Assembly: GCA_002104905.1 (NCBI GenBank)
Contig: MCFE01000748.1
Location: 1-39,732, forward strand
Source of the DNA: Basidiobolus meristosporus CBS 931.73
Lineage: Eukaryota > Fungi > Basidiobolomycota
Length of the DNA: 39,732 nucleotides
Direction of reading: 5' to 3'
The stretch's first letter is position 1; each line of letters starts with the position of its first letter. This document shows positions 24,900 to 37,660 of this stretch, in pieces. The notes below the pieces were generated by a model, which was not told the origin of the DNA, made no database searches, and saw only the letters and a list, made by a program, of their open reading frames with translations. The position numbers and the translations under genes are program-made.

Positions 24900-26215
24900 G
24901 TCCCTCTGACTCATATACACTGCTTCTTTTTTGTGTCAATTCAATTCTCATAAACATAGAAATTGGCCTACACTCAAGTGAAACCTGGCATTCTTTGGTA
25001 ATGTTGTCTCAATGACAATAAATTGCTTGTTTTATCCAATCTGACCTTGGCTTGCTTACAAATACAATTCCTCATCTCTCAGATTGTTTCACAGCCTGTA
25101 AGGAAAGGGTACAGCAGCTTTCTATAGCTGGCCTTGATTGGTTTTGCAGCTTGGGCATGTTTTCCCTAGCTTCTAAGTCTCATTTCTCATTCTGAGCTAA
25201 TATGCTGAAGGTTTCACAAGGCTGTAGGTTTCTTCATTTCCAGGATATCCTTATTGGTTGAGTGGCTTGTAAGTTTAATCCAGGTGAGCAAGATAGGGGC
25301 AATAGAGAATAGAGCCTCCATCAACAATTTGGTAGGCTGTTTCATCCTGTACTACAAGTTTGCTGGCATCATTCCAGACATTTGCCTTAATATCCTCATC
25401 CACCTTATTAGGAATGGCATGGCCATCAAAGTACTTGGGTGATAAGCTTGGCCATTCTGATTCATGTACCAGGTTGGGCTATGCGACTGGTTCTAGTCTT
25501 GATAACATGTCAGCAACTGTATTTTTTTCTCTCAGGTCAGTGGTCTATCACCAAGTTGAATTGTTGAAATATTCACTGCATCTTGTCACTCAGTTGTATA
25601 GTACCATCAGATTAAATATATACCTGAGTAAGGTGGGTTCAATCTCTGCAGTGCATTTGACTCCTATAATGTTGCATCTAGATGTCTTCAAGCAGTGTAT
25701 TATGGCAAGAATCCTCTTATCATCCACTTGATAGTTTTCTTCTGCTGAGTTCAGTTTCTTTAATACAAGAGCAACTGGTCATTCCTTTTCCTCATGTACT
25801 TGGCTCAGTACTCCATTAATTCCATAATCTGAAGCATCTCTTCAAAGAGTAAATTCTGTTCTGAATTTAGGTATTCTTAGCTTAGCAGCTTGGCAAGCTC
25901 ACTCTTCAACACCTGAAAGACAGCCTCACAGGCCATGTCAGATTTCAAAGTCTTGTCTCTCTTGAGGATATTAGTCAAAGGGGCAGCAAGACTTGCAAAT
26001 GACTTGACAAATCTCCAATGACAGAAAGCTTGTCAAAGAAAAAATCTGAGAACTGAGATGCTATGGGGCTGTTTCAGATTCCTGATACCTTCCACTTTCT
26101 TGGGGTCTAAGGTCTCTATTGTGCCAGCCATTATGTGTCTCAGATATTTGACATGTTCCTTGAAAAATTCACACTTTGCTAACTTGCCATATAGCTTGTT
26201 CTCTCTAGCTTCTTG
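24900..26215 (-). pseudogene. Ty3/Gypsy pol fragment (end of RT, RNase H, integrase zinc finger)
   Basis: KLYGKLAKCEFFKEHVKYL, LDPKKVEGI, RFVKSFASLAAPLTNILK, then GYPGNEET...KTCPSCK; RT-RNase H-integrase order is Gypsy-like; left limit approximate. Confidence 0.75.
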
Positions 26216-27403
26216 GCAGCTATGCAGGTAGGATGGTGTTTTAGACCCATATATTAGTCAAAATACCATAAGGTTTCTGCTCTGATACAATAAGAGGGGT
26301 GGTAGATTCAGGTTGATGAGGACTGTGCCAAAGCAGCATATGCCGGTAGAGTACTAGTTGAGCAAGAATCCATCAAGTGCCAAGGCAAAGGCACAGTCAT
26401 ATGTTCCCTCAAGTTAGCCCTTGCTTGTAAGTTGTTTTTAGTACTTGCCATCAAAAGTATTGCAAATGTTTGCGCTTCATTGATATTGAGTGTAATACTT
26501 TATAGCTTCACAACTTTTGCTGGACCACATTAGGTTCTATAGCTGGGGTATTGCTGGCATAACTCTGGTGTGTGAGCAATGGTCTCCTCCTATGGTGGTG
26601 GATTCATGATAAGTTGGATACCTGCAATGGTGGCATTTTCTGATATGAATGGCATGAAACTGCTAACACATGCTGGTATCAGGGTGGTCTCTGGGTATTA
26701 TGTAGCCAGCTGCATGATAGTTATTCAATTGTACCATGCACATGGTAAGTTGCATCCTGGAATGATTTTAGCAAGAAATATTAGTAAGCCCCCACAGCCC
26801 CCTTTGCAGATATATGTGCCAACATGCAACTTCTCAAGCAACAACACTACATCATTTACTAGTAGATGGATTACTGGGCATAATTGACTCCATAAAGTAC
26901 CCTTGGCAATTCTTTCTATGGGTGTAGTCTCAGTACATATTGGAATTTGGCCAGGCTCATACAAAGCACATTTCAAAGTATCCTTGTCATTTATTCCATA
27001 GATGTCATCTCATTTCATCATGGTCTTGCTGGGCTCATACAGGGTACTATTGTTTGGGGAGATTAGCTCACAATTCATCAATGAGCCTTTTTCTAAGCTC
27101 TGACTCAGTGTGCCATATTCAGAAAGCTGAGGTGAACCTTAAGACATCACACTCATCCAATTTGGTTTTTGCAAGGTAACAAGTACAACTAGGTGCTATT
27201 ATGGAGGTATAAAACAGCTAGTACACTGTTGTTGATGTTAGTGATGAATGGTCAAATATGACTTGTGTGGCAAAACACTGTACATGTACCTTGTAATACT
27301 TCCTATGCAGTCAGAATGCTCAATGGCTTAGACACTTGTTACAATAGCTACATGGTCTTTTTTCTCTTCTCTTACAGTGATAAATGAAAGTAGTCTTAAC
27401 CAT
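26216..27403 (-). pseudogene. 5' half of the CMC transposase of copy C
   Basis: Minus-strand ALALDGFLL, VLINLNLPP and SKTPSYL motifs; start homologous to 9602 and 30361. Confidence 0.8.
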
Positions 27404-28568
27404 GAGGCAAACAGCTTGACATTCAACTACATAACACTATTCTATCACTCCTTTGTCTATACTTGTGTGTACTTATGACAGTCCTATATTTAAAACATTC
27501 TGTATACATAAATGTAAAATTCAATGATGATCTGACACAGTAAGCATTATAAATAAGGTTGTAATACCATATCCACATGTAAATGTAGCACTATTTCCTC
27601 TTTGGTCTGACTCACTTCTATATATATGCCACCATAAAATAAAGCAAAGTTGTTTGGTTCCCAACCAAGCCACAATGCAGACAGCAGCAGAAGGGCAGCT
27701 CAATCAGAGCTTACTTTTACATTCAGTGCAACAAACAGGCTCCCATCCATAAATAGCCGTGTTGACAGTGTGCCTACTGAAGGTAATACACACTTCTTAG
27801 GCTCTTAGTCTAGTAAGCAATTGAAAATCTCTGCCAGGCTACAAGCTGACCATAATGCTCAGGCAGATGAGAATGCAGCAAATGCAGTACCTTGAGTTCA
27901 GGGCCAGCAAGTGGCTGTCATCATATCACCCCCAACTGTATTAGCTAGTATGTTGTCAGCTCATATCAAAGCATTGAGGAGGTGATTGAGTGCAGTAGCT
28001 GATATGGTTGATGCAATGGCCTAGAGAAATCAGGAAATAGTCCAGAAACCAAATGAGCAAATTACACATGTAGAGTAGTGAATATCCCAGGAAGAGAACG
28101 CAGTATTCTTGCTGCAAAGAAGGAACTCAAGCAGCTCAAGTCATAGCCAAGCATTGAGCCATTTCCCAATGCAATAGTACAGGAACACCATACAGTCTAA
28201 GCACAATTGTGTTCAAAGATAATGCCCAGAGAAATACCCCCTATGAAAAATTATTGTAATGATCCAGTTAAAAGGGAGTCACAAAGTTCAAGTCCCATGA
28301 CTAAGAGGTACTAATCCTGTCATGACACCGTCCAAAGGCTGTTGAACAATAATTGCACCTCAGATTTTGCAAAAAACTTGGTCAAAATTTTTCATCACAA
28401 CAATGTATAAGTGGCTTTTGATTGCTTCCCTGCAAATTTACTCAGTTTCTGATCCCAGTCACTCTATCACCTCCTACATTTGTGTGCATTGATTGGCTAT
28501 TGCCATGTTTCACAATCCTTACTTCTTGACTCAACTATTTCACTTACTTTTCATGCATATAAATGTAT

Positions 28569-30145
28569 TTATTCCATTGAAACTTCAGTTGTACCACAAT
28601 TGCCAATTGTATTGTCCTACACAAGTCCCAATGCCTTACACTAGCATCAAGCCCAACCCACACTCAACAAGTAACTCCATTAAAATCCACCACTCAATAA
28701 GTATTTCTGCTGTAACACTCTGGTTCCACAACTTTAGTGGGAACCCAACAGCTTTATGCCATTTGTCATTCACTGGTTCCCACACATCCTGGTCTTCAGC
28801 CAGCACTGCAAGGTCTAGCCCCTCATCTGCCAGTCTGTGCAATAAATCCTGGCAATATTCCAGCGCATTTTCTTGAGCACTGCTCTTTAAGAAGTGCTGT
28901 AACCTCTTGGTGTGCCTTTTAATGTTCCAAAATTCCCTTGAAAGCATTGTAATAGTCTTTCAAGCACTTGTTGTTGTAGCCTTGTCAGTCAGTGGGATCT
29001 CCACTGTGTCATTAATGGAGGATATTGAGGCGGTGCTAGACAAATTGCCTTTTTCTGCAAACTCATCTACCTTGCTGGAGTGTAGCTCAACAGGCTGCGC
29101 TTCCAACTCTTGTGAAAACAGCTGTTTTCTTGTTGGTAATTCTTCTTGGCTGTGATGGGATTCAGTCTGCTCTGCGCTTGTGGCATTAATTGGCAAGATC
29201 TGCAGTCTTTTTGCATACCTCCCTGTCTCAGACTTGGTTAGACATTTTTCCCTTTACCTTCTCCTTTATCACTGCCCGGTCTTTCACAGCTACCTTGTCT
29301 GAGTGCTTCCTTAAAGAACTATGTTTCCTGCTTGATAGATTCTGCTCTGACACATCTACTTTGGCCTGCTTGTCCCTTGCTGGTACTCTTCTGGCAACCT
29401 GCAATTTCTTTTCTGCTTGCTTTGAGCTCTCAGCTGTAGTTGTGACATGCTCCTGTAAAAGCTGCTGGTTTTTATCACTGCAAGGTCCTTCATTGCTACT
29501 TTGATTCAGTGGTTCTTAAGTGAAACTGCACTTTTTCCTTGATCAATGTTGTGCTGGTGCATCTATGTCTGCCTGCTTGTTCCCTATTAACACTCTTCCA
29601 GCTACCTGACATCTCTTAGATGCTTGTCTAGAGCTTTTGGCCTTGCTTGTGACCAGCTCTTGAGGAAGCGGCTAGTTTTTGGCCATGGCACCCTTGTTCT
29701 TCTGCCTTTGGTAGCTTCTGCTATTCTTCTGAGTATCTCTGGGCCATTACATCTATCCTATCAGCCACTGTACCTAATTGGCCCATTAATACTTTGGTAT
29801 GAGCTTACAACATATTTGCTAATATGGGTGGTGGTGATGTTATGACAGCCTCTTGATAGTCTTCAACTGAGGGTACTGCATTTGCTACATTCTCATCTGC
29901 CTGAGCATAAAGGTCAGCTTGTGGCTCCACAGAGGTTTTCAATTGCCTACCTGACAGAGAGCCTGAGGAGTTGCATTACTCCTTCAGTGGGCAAACTGTC
30001 CACAAGGCCTTTGTTGGATGCAGCCTTGCTTGTTGCACTGAGTGTCAAAGCAAGTTGTGGTGCAACTGTTCTTCTGTTGCTTTCAATGGTGAGGATTGGC
30101 TGGGAACCAGACAACTTTGCTTTATTTCTTACCAGTGTATATATG
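28569..30145 (-). pseudogene. Accessory gene of CMC copy B (with internal deletion)
   Basis: FLKSSAQENALEYCQDLLHRLADE..WEPVNDKWHKAVGFPLKLWN; colinear with copy A apart from indels; 5' limit approximate. Confidence 0.65.
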
Positions 30146-30360
30146 GAAGTGAGTCAAACCAAAGGGGAAGTAGTGTTTCATATATGTGTGTATTTGGTGC
30201 CACAACTTTATTTATAATGCTTACCATAGCATGTCATCATTCAATCTTACATTCATGTAGGTGCAATGTCTCAAACACAAGACTGTCTTACGTTCACATG
30301 AGTATTGACCAAAAAGTGATATAATAGCATTATGTTGTTGAAGATCAAACCATTTGCCCC

Positions 30361-33236
30361 ATGGACAAGACTACTTTGACTCAACACTGTAAGAGAAGAA
30401 AAAAAAGACCATGTGGCTATTGTAGCAAGCTGCTCAGCCATGAAGCATGCAGACAGCATAGGAAGTATTACAGGGATCATGGCCAGTGTTTTGCCACACA
30501 AGTCACATTTGACCATTTGGTGGCCACTACTGTACCAGCATTATCTTGCTGGCCAGTTGATACTTCTATATTGGCACCTGGTTGTCTTTGTTGCTTTGTG
30601 CAAACTGTGTTAGGTAAGTTTGTGACACCTTTAGGCTCACCTCAGTCTTCTGAATATAGCATGCAGAGTGATAGCTCTGACAAAGAAGGTTCATTGATGG
30701 ATATTGAGCCTATCTCCCCTAACAACAGTACCACATATGAGCCTGGTCAAATCCGTATATGCAATGAGAAAACACCCATTGAAACAAATGCCAAGGATAC
30801 TATATTCAGCTAAGTGAGTCTGGTGATTCATCTACTGGTGGATGATGTAATGTTGTGGCTAGAGTAGTGGCAAAATCATACTGGGATGCAACTTACCATG
30901 TACATAGTACAAGTGGACAACTATCATGTGGCTGGTAATGTATGATCCAGACACACTCCTAATTCCAGCATGAACAGTTGTGTGGCATTCACATCCAAAA
31001 ATGCTACCATTGCAACATGTCCAAATTGTCAGGAATCCACCACCATTGAGGGAAAGCATTGTTTGCACTCCAGATATATTCTGGACATACCCTGTCTGAG
31101 GAAGCTGATGCAGTCCAACAAATAGTGCAAAGCATTCAGTACCTTGCTCAGTATAAGTCAAGTGTAAATATATCTAATATATTTGATGGCAAACATTACA
31201 AACAACTAAGAAGCAAGGGCTACTTTGAAGGTATACATGACCATGCCTTTGCCTTAGCACTTGATGGATTCTCATTCAAAAATACTCTACCAGCAATCCT
31301 GCTGATTACTGATTCTCATCAATCTGAATCTGCCGCCCATCTTTCAATATCAGAGTAATGATCTGATGTTAGTCTCATTGGTATCTGGAACTAAATCACC
31401 GTCCAACCTGGATAGCTACCTATATCCATTGCTGGATGAGTTTTGTATGCTTTCCAGCATGGTAGCAGTTGATGGCTGTCATATAAAGTGCATATTATTA
31501 TCTGCCTTGGAGATACCCCAGCCATCAGCAAGAAAGCATGTTTTTCCAAGCACAATGGACAGTATTGCTGTTGAGTGTGCAAGATCCAGGGGATTTACTC
31601 TATAGCTCACAAACATAATTATTACCCAAACACCAGCACTAAGAACATCATCTTTCCGCAGAGAGAACACACAGAAGTCAGCAGGCAATTGCAGCAAAGA
31701 TGGCAAGCTATAAGCCATTGACTGGAATATGGAATCAGGCAGAAACCAAAGAAACTTCAGATAGAGCGTATCTGTTGGAGCAAAAGCTCTCCAGTGGGAG
31801 AAATGCATTTGCTTTTCAACAGAATCCCTCTAGTGATGACCAAGTTTTACATAGGGCTTATTAAGCTAAATGAGCCCTTTGAGATATGGGAGATATTTGA
31901 GAGAATTGGAAAGTTATTGCAGAGTATCTGCTACCCTTAGTACTTCTCATGGGCTCCAATTAGCATTCATATGCATATGCAACAATACAAATGCAAAGAC
32001 TGAATGAGCTGGATATGCATTTATTCAAGTGGCATTCTGATGCCATTCCTACCAAGCATACATTGGAAGCATGGGGAGTCATATGTGGACATTGTAGGAA
32101 TATTTATCTACAAGCAGATCACCAATGCCAACTTGACACATCTAAAGCTGTTGTGCAAAGAGTTTGTTACAGGATTTGAGGGGCTACACTACAAACATCA
32201 AGCTCAATGTGTAGGTCTCTGCCACTACTGTATCCATTCTCTACTCCATCTTGCATGATGCGTGGAGTATATTAGGCCTTGCTTCACCTTTTGGGAGTTT
32301 CCTATGCAGTGGATGTGTGGAGAGATAAGAAGACAAGTAAAGTTGCAGGTACTACCATATCCCAATCTCATCAAGAATATTACCTACAGGTCTGTCATGG
32401 ATGTGATGAGTTGGCACATGGAGGACAGTCAGGAGAAGTTGGAAAATACCAAGGACAAATGTGCACATGGAGACACCTATTCCTATGGCATTAAGAAGTC
32501 AAGTAGCCCTAATGAGTGGGTAATCAGCTAAGGAATGCAAAGTTGGGTTGGGTGCAACAAGCAACCAATTTGATTAGGAAAACTCTAACAAGGTATGCTG
32601 GATTTCTCTTGGTCATAAGCCAACTTCTACACCATTCAATACAGAATTCACACAAACAAAAGCCAGAGCACATCTATATGGGGGACCAGAGTCCAGCAGG
32701 GAGGAGGAATATACTGGCTAAATACCAACAAGTTCTTTGTGGATATTCAGGAGGTATTCATGGCTGAAGTGGCAACAACCAAACACATGTTTGCAGGAAG
32801 TATATGTAAACAGCAATACAAGGTATATGGAAACTTTGCAAGTTTCACACTAAAAAGTTGTAAAGTTGAGGTGATAGAAGTATATCAATTGTGGCAGGTA
32901 TGCATGATTGTAGAGGTTAGTATGCAGGAGGCCTTAGTTTTTTTTGATTCAAACAATATGTGGAATACCTAAGGTGGTAGTGGGCCAGCAAATCAAGAGG
33001 GGTGATTCTACAATGTAATATGTAAATTGCGCAAGGGGAGGTGGAAAAAGGTAATACCATTTGGAAAATTGGTACAGCAGCATTACGCAGAACCTGCTGT
33101 AGGTTGTCATACTGCTGATGCAACGCCATCAGAGTCTTGCTGTGAAGCTGTCAAATTACTGCCAAGTTTCTTGCCATATAAGGCAATTGGATATCCTGGC
33201 CAGTTGGATTCATTCAAACTAGTTGTAGAGTCCTAA
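30361..33236 (+). pseudogene. En/Spm(CACTA)-type transposase of copy B, disrupted
   Basis: MDKTT..CGYCSKLLSHEACRQHRKYY N-terminal Cys/His cluster, NIFDGKHY, ALALDGF, TKSPSNLDSYLYPLLDEF, HSLLHLA, WEFPMQWMCGEI; ends at the stop homologous to 12530. Confidence 0.88.
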
Positions 33237-34663
33237 AAGACTGCAACAATACCATGCAATTATTGTCACAGCACCAATCATATCTTATCAAGTTTTATCC
33301 CCTTATTTGCTAGTAATATTAGCAAAACACTGTTGTGATCCTGTCATAAGATTGTTAGGAGCGTCACTCATTCCAAGCTGCTGGTATTAGGATGGTGTCT
33401 ATATGGGATCCTGATGGCTGATCTGGATCAGATGCACCCATGGGACCAAATTATTTTTCATAGGGTACCTATCACAACATGGGAGGGAGAAACTCTGGTG
33501 TTGATACCAAAGCCTAGTAATCAAATGACTGTGAAGATCTATGAAGTTGTTGAGTGCAATGATGAGAAGTGGGCCAATATTCCAGAGGCTGTAAGAGGTC
33601 TAGCATGCCATTACCTTATGGCCAGCAACCCATGGGAACATCAAGAGCTCAAGGCTAAGCAGAATGCAGCTGACTAGTTCCATGAGCATTATTCTGGATT
33701 TAAACAAGCAAACAGGTTTTGGGCCACCATGGGTATGCTAAGAAGGTATATCAAGAATATCAGAAACTATTGAAGGCAGAAGAGCAAGTGTTTAATGGTT
33801 AAAAACCAGCAACTTTCTCAAGCAAATGTTACAAGCAGGGCTAAAAGCTCTAAACAAGCATGAAAGGAATGTCAGGTAGCTGGCAAAGTGCCAATAAAGG
33901 GACAAGCAGGTAATACAGATGCACCAGCACACTATATATCAATGAAAAGGCAAGGTTACATTCAGGAAGCACTTTGGTACAGTAGCAGTGAAGGACCTGG
34001 TAGTGACAAAAACAGTTGCTTCCTCAGGAGCCTATCACAATCAGGGCTCAAAGCATAAAACAAGTGGCAAAAAAATGGCAGGTTGCCCAAAGAGCACTGG
34101 TAAGGAATAAGAAGGCAGAAACAAATGCATCAGTGCAGCATTTAGCAAGAAGAAATTGCAGTTCAATACAAGAATTACTCTGACAAAGTAACAGTGAAAG
34201 ACCTGACAGTGGTAAAGGAAGAGGTAGAGGAAAAAAGGTCTACCCTAGCCAGAAACAGGGAAGCTTGGGAGAATAGCTGCAGTTCTTACCTGCTGATGCT
34301 CTAAGCCAGGAACTGGCTGAATTGCATCATAGCCATGCAGAACTACCAACAAGTAAACACCTGTCTTTGCAACAGATGGAGGTGCAGCAAGCTATGCTTC
34401 ACTGCAGTGAGTATATGAGCTTTCAGCAATAGGTAATCTGTCCACCACTGCCTCAGTGTCCTCCATTATAGACAGAGTAAAGCATTCACTGACAAACAAA
34501 GCAACACTTTTAAGAACTTAAAAGACTATTGCAGCGCCAGCAGTGGAGTTTTGGTGTAATTACAGACACAGCAAAAAGTTGTTGCGCTTCTTGGAGGGCA
34601 GTGCTCAAGGGAATGCACCTGAGCACTGCAAGGCTCTATTGCAAAGACTGACAGATGAGTTGC

Positions 34664-35032
34664 TGTTGCAATTTAAGAAGTGATTTGGATATAAGGAACT
34701 TATCAAGAAATAGTGATAATAGTTGAACTGTTGTTTATTCATAAAGAAGCTCAGTATTTATACCTTTGTAGAAGTAATACAGCTGCAACACTAAGTAGGG
34801 AGGGTTTCTCAATATTCAGGAGCATTCTGTAACAGTTTCAGGGTTAGTACATAATGTTTGGTAATAGTGCTAATTTGATCCTGACTATAGGGGAATAATC
34901 ATAAGATCATATATCTGGAGAAAGTGGCAAAGTTAAGGCAGTAAATGAGTCCTACAGTGACTAAGACTAGCCTAGAATTGTTAAGTAAATTTTTAGCTGC
35001 TGAATGATACCAAATAGTCCAATATTTCAACA
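34664..35032 (-). repeat. 3' LTR of the family-2 copia
   Basis: TG...CA; identical to 38981-39349; contains no CpG; preceded on the minus strand by GTTGAGGGGGAG. Confidence 0.96.
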
Positions 35033-37660
35033 CTCCCCCTCAACTAAATAATTTCTTAATCCCAATTTCTCTCTAAGGATCTCAAACTGTGGCCTAGCTA
35101 GTGGTTTTGTCAATATGTCTGCCACCATTTTGTCAGTTGGGCAGTAAACCAGCTCTACTAAGTTATTTTCTACAGCTTCCCTCACAAAGTGATGTTGTAT
35201 ATCAATGTGCTTAGTTCTGGCATGATTAGTAGGATTTCTAGCTAATGGAATACAACTTTGATTATCCTTGTAAATACATGTTGGTTCACCTGAATTAAAA
35301 CCTAAGTCTTTGAATAATTTTCGTAGCCATATAGCCTCCTTAGTTGCTTGACATGCAGCCATATATTTGGCTTCAGTTGTAGATAGTGCCACAGTTGGTT
35401 GTTTCTTGCAATTCCAAGTAATAGCTGCACCAGCATAAAGAAATACATAGCCTGTGGTAGAGCGTCTGTCAATCAAATCCCTACCCCAATCTGAATCACT
35501 ATAACCATCAAATTTTTGCCTATTAGCTGCTCCAGAGTATTCCAGTACCATATTTATGGTACCTTGTAGATATCTGAAAATCCGCTTAACTGCTGCAATT
35601 TGATCTGATCCATAATTCTGCATGAACTGACTGACTATTCCAACTGCTACTGCAATATCTGGACGTGTAGACACCATCAAGTACATTAGGCTACCAACCA
35701 TTGATTGATAGGGAAAGTTTTGGTCCATATTTGAGCCGTTTTCTTCTATAACTGGCTGAGATTTGCTTAATTTCAGGTTATTGTCCATAGGGGTTGCTGC
35801 AGGTTTGCAATTTTCCATTTTGAAGCGTCTAACAATGTCCCTGATGTACTTAGACTGATTCAGCACAATTTTCTGCGTAGGTATGTCAAATTTGACCTCA
35901 ATTCCAAGAAAATAGCTCAATTTTCCAAGATCTTTCATCTCAAACTTGCGGAAGAGATCTGATTTCGTCTGTTTAAGTGCCTCTTGATCACTTGTAGCTA
36001 TAATTAGGTCGTCCACATAAAGAACTAGGATGATCACACCCTTTTTGAGCTGTTTCACATATATACTGTGATCTGCAGTGCTACGAGAGAACCCAATTTC
36101 CTCTAGATATGTGTCAATCTTGTTATACCATGCTCTGGGTGCCTGCTTAAGCCCATACAACAATTTTCTAAGTTTGCACACCTTATGGGGGCTTTTTGGA
36201 TCGGTAAAACCTTCTGGTTGCTCCATATATATAGTTTCTTGCAAATCCCCATTTAGAAAGGCTGTTTTGACGTCCATTTGGTGTAGATCTAGACTGTGTA
36301 CAGCTGCCAGGGCTAGAACTGTCCTAATAGAGTTAAACTTGGCAACCGGAGCAAATGTTTCCTTAAAGTCTAGTCCCTGGATCTGGGAATAGCCTTTAGC
36401 TACCAATCTAGCCTTGTACTTATCAACGGCACCATTTGAGGTTATCTTGATCTTGTAGACCCATCTACATCCTATTGGCTTTCTCCCATTTGGTAAATCT
36501 ACCAGTTCCCACGTTTTTGCCTTGATCAGTGATTGGTACTCCTCCTGCATGGCTTGTTGCCACTTAGTAGCATCTGGACCTTGCTTTGCCTGTTCCAGAT
36601 TCTGAGGTTTGGTACATAAGGCAAGATAAGCTTCTTCATGATCATTGGATGTCTGCCACCAGGATCCAGGGGCATTTCTTATTCTGGTAGATCTCCTAAC
36701 TGGGATAATCTGTTCTGATCTGGAACTGGTAGAAGTATCTTCCATCTCTGGCTGGATTTGGTACGTATCTTCTTCATTTGTGTTGATTGCATCATCGGGC
36801 AGCTGGCCAATGATTTCTGTGGCTTTGTGATCTGAATTCTCCTCAAATACAACATCCCTGCTCTTGATCAGCTTCTGAATTTTGCCATCATACACTCTAT
36901 ACCCTTTAGTATCTTCACAATACCCAAGAAAGATCCCTTTTCTACTCTTTGGTTCCAACTTTGAGCGTTTTTTGTCAGGGATGTGATAAAAAACATCACT
37001 GCCAAAGATCCTGAGGTGCTGGAGATCTGGTTTTTTGCCTGTATATGCTTCAAAGGGTGTAGAATCACGTAGTGCTGTTGTTGGGCATCTGTTCTTGATG
37101 TATACAGCGGTAGCAACAGATTCAGCCCAAAACTTGTAGTCCATTCCCTTATCATGTAGCACAGATCTTCCCATCTCTACTATTGTTCTATTTGCACGTT
37201 CTGCTACTCCATTTTGCTGTGGAATATGAGGAACTGTGGTCTGTTGAAGTATACCAGTAGACAAGCAGTATTTTGCAAACTCCTTTGAGCAGTATTCTCC
37301 TCCATTGTCACTTTGTAGTACCTTCAATTTACATCCTGTTTGTGTTTCTGCCATGTTCTTGAAGTGCTTAAACGTCTCTAAAGCTTCATCCTTTGTTTTG
37401 AGGAAGTACACCCATGTATATCTTGTCTTGTCATCAATATACGTCATAAAGTATCTCTTGGCTCCAAAGGACAGTGTTCTCATGGGGCCACATATGTCTG
37501 AGTGTACAATAGCCAATATTTCGGTGGTATTGATGCCCTCTGAGCTCTTGAAACGTTGCCTAGCTTGTTTACCATATGAACATCCCTTACAAACATTCAA
37601 TTTGATCTGAATTGAGTATTTTAGGCCCAAAACAAGCTGATTTTTCACCAATTGGCTCAT
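35027..37660 (-). CDS. Open 877-aa remainder of Pol (integrase, reverse transcriptase, RNase H)
   Basis: Uninterrupted ORF with catalytic motifs present; unlikely to be translated on its own because it lies downstream of the two stops in the polyprotein frame. Confidence 0.6.
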   Translation of the reverse strand: MSQLVKNQLVLGLKYSIQIKLNVCKGCSYGKQARQRFKSSEGINTTEILAIVHSDICGPMRTLSFGAKRYFMTYIDDKTRYTWVYFLKTKDEALETFKHFKNMAETQTGCKLKVLQSDNGGEYCSKEFAKYCLSTGILQQTTVPHIPQQNGVAERANRTIVEMGRSVLHDKGMDYKFWAESVATAVYIKNRCPTTALRDSTPFEAYTGKKPDLQHLRIFGSDVFYHIPDKKRSKLEPKSRKGIFLGYCEDTKGYRVYDGKIQKLIKSRDVVFEENSDHKATEIIGQLPDDAINTNEEDTYQIQPEMEDTSTSSRSEQIIPVRRSTRIRNAPGSWWQTSNDHEEAYLALCTKPQNLEQAKQGPDATKWQQAMQEEYQSLIKAKTWELVDLPNGRKPIGCRWVYKIKITSNGAVDKYKARLVAKGYSQIQGLDFKETFAPVAKFNSIRTVLALAAVHSLDLHQMDVKTAFLNGDLQETIYMEQPEGFTDPKSPHKVCKLRKLLYGLKQAPRAWYNKIDTYLEEIGFSRSTADHSIYVKQLKKGVIILVLYVDDLIIATSDQEALKQTKSDLFRKFEMKDLGKLSYFLGIEVKFDIPTQKIVLNQSKYIRDIVRRFKMENCKPAATPMDNNLKLSKSQPVIEENGSNMDQNFPYQSMVGSLMYLMVSTRPDIAVAVGIVSQFMQNYGSDQIAAVKRIFRYLQGTINMVLEYSGAANRQKFDGYSDSDWGRDLIDRRSTTGYVFLYAGAAITWNCKKQPTVALSTTEAKYMAACQATKEAIWLRKLFKDLGFNSGEPTCIYKDNQSCIPLARNPTNHARTKHIDIQHHFVREAVENNLVELVYCPTDKMVADILTKPLARPQFEILREKLGLRNYLVEGEC

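Larger units (their letters stand above)
28239..33465 (+). mobile_element. CMC/CACTA-type transposon, copy B (5,227 bp, both ends present)
   Basis: Perfect 13-bp TIR CCCTATGAAAAAT (28239-28251 and 33453-33465); TACC on both sides (28235-28238, 33466-33469); collapsing it restores a host sequence colinear with copy A. Confidence 0.93.
27626..34663 (+). pseudogene. Accessory gene of CMC copy C (27626-28238 and 33466-34663; continues 39355-39439)
   Basis: Begins ATG CCA CCA TAA AAT AAA GCA AAG; EGETLVLIPKPSNQMTVKIYEVVECNDEKWANIPEAVRGLACHYL matches the copy A peptide; many stops. Confidence 0.65.

Noticed and set aside
35027-35044. An env-like or extra ORF in the copia elements
   Set aside because: Pol runs through the PPT and stops inside the 3' LTR, leaving no room for another gene.
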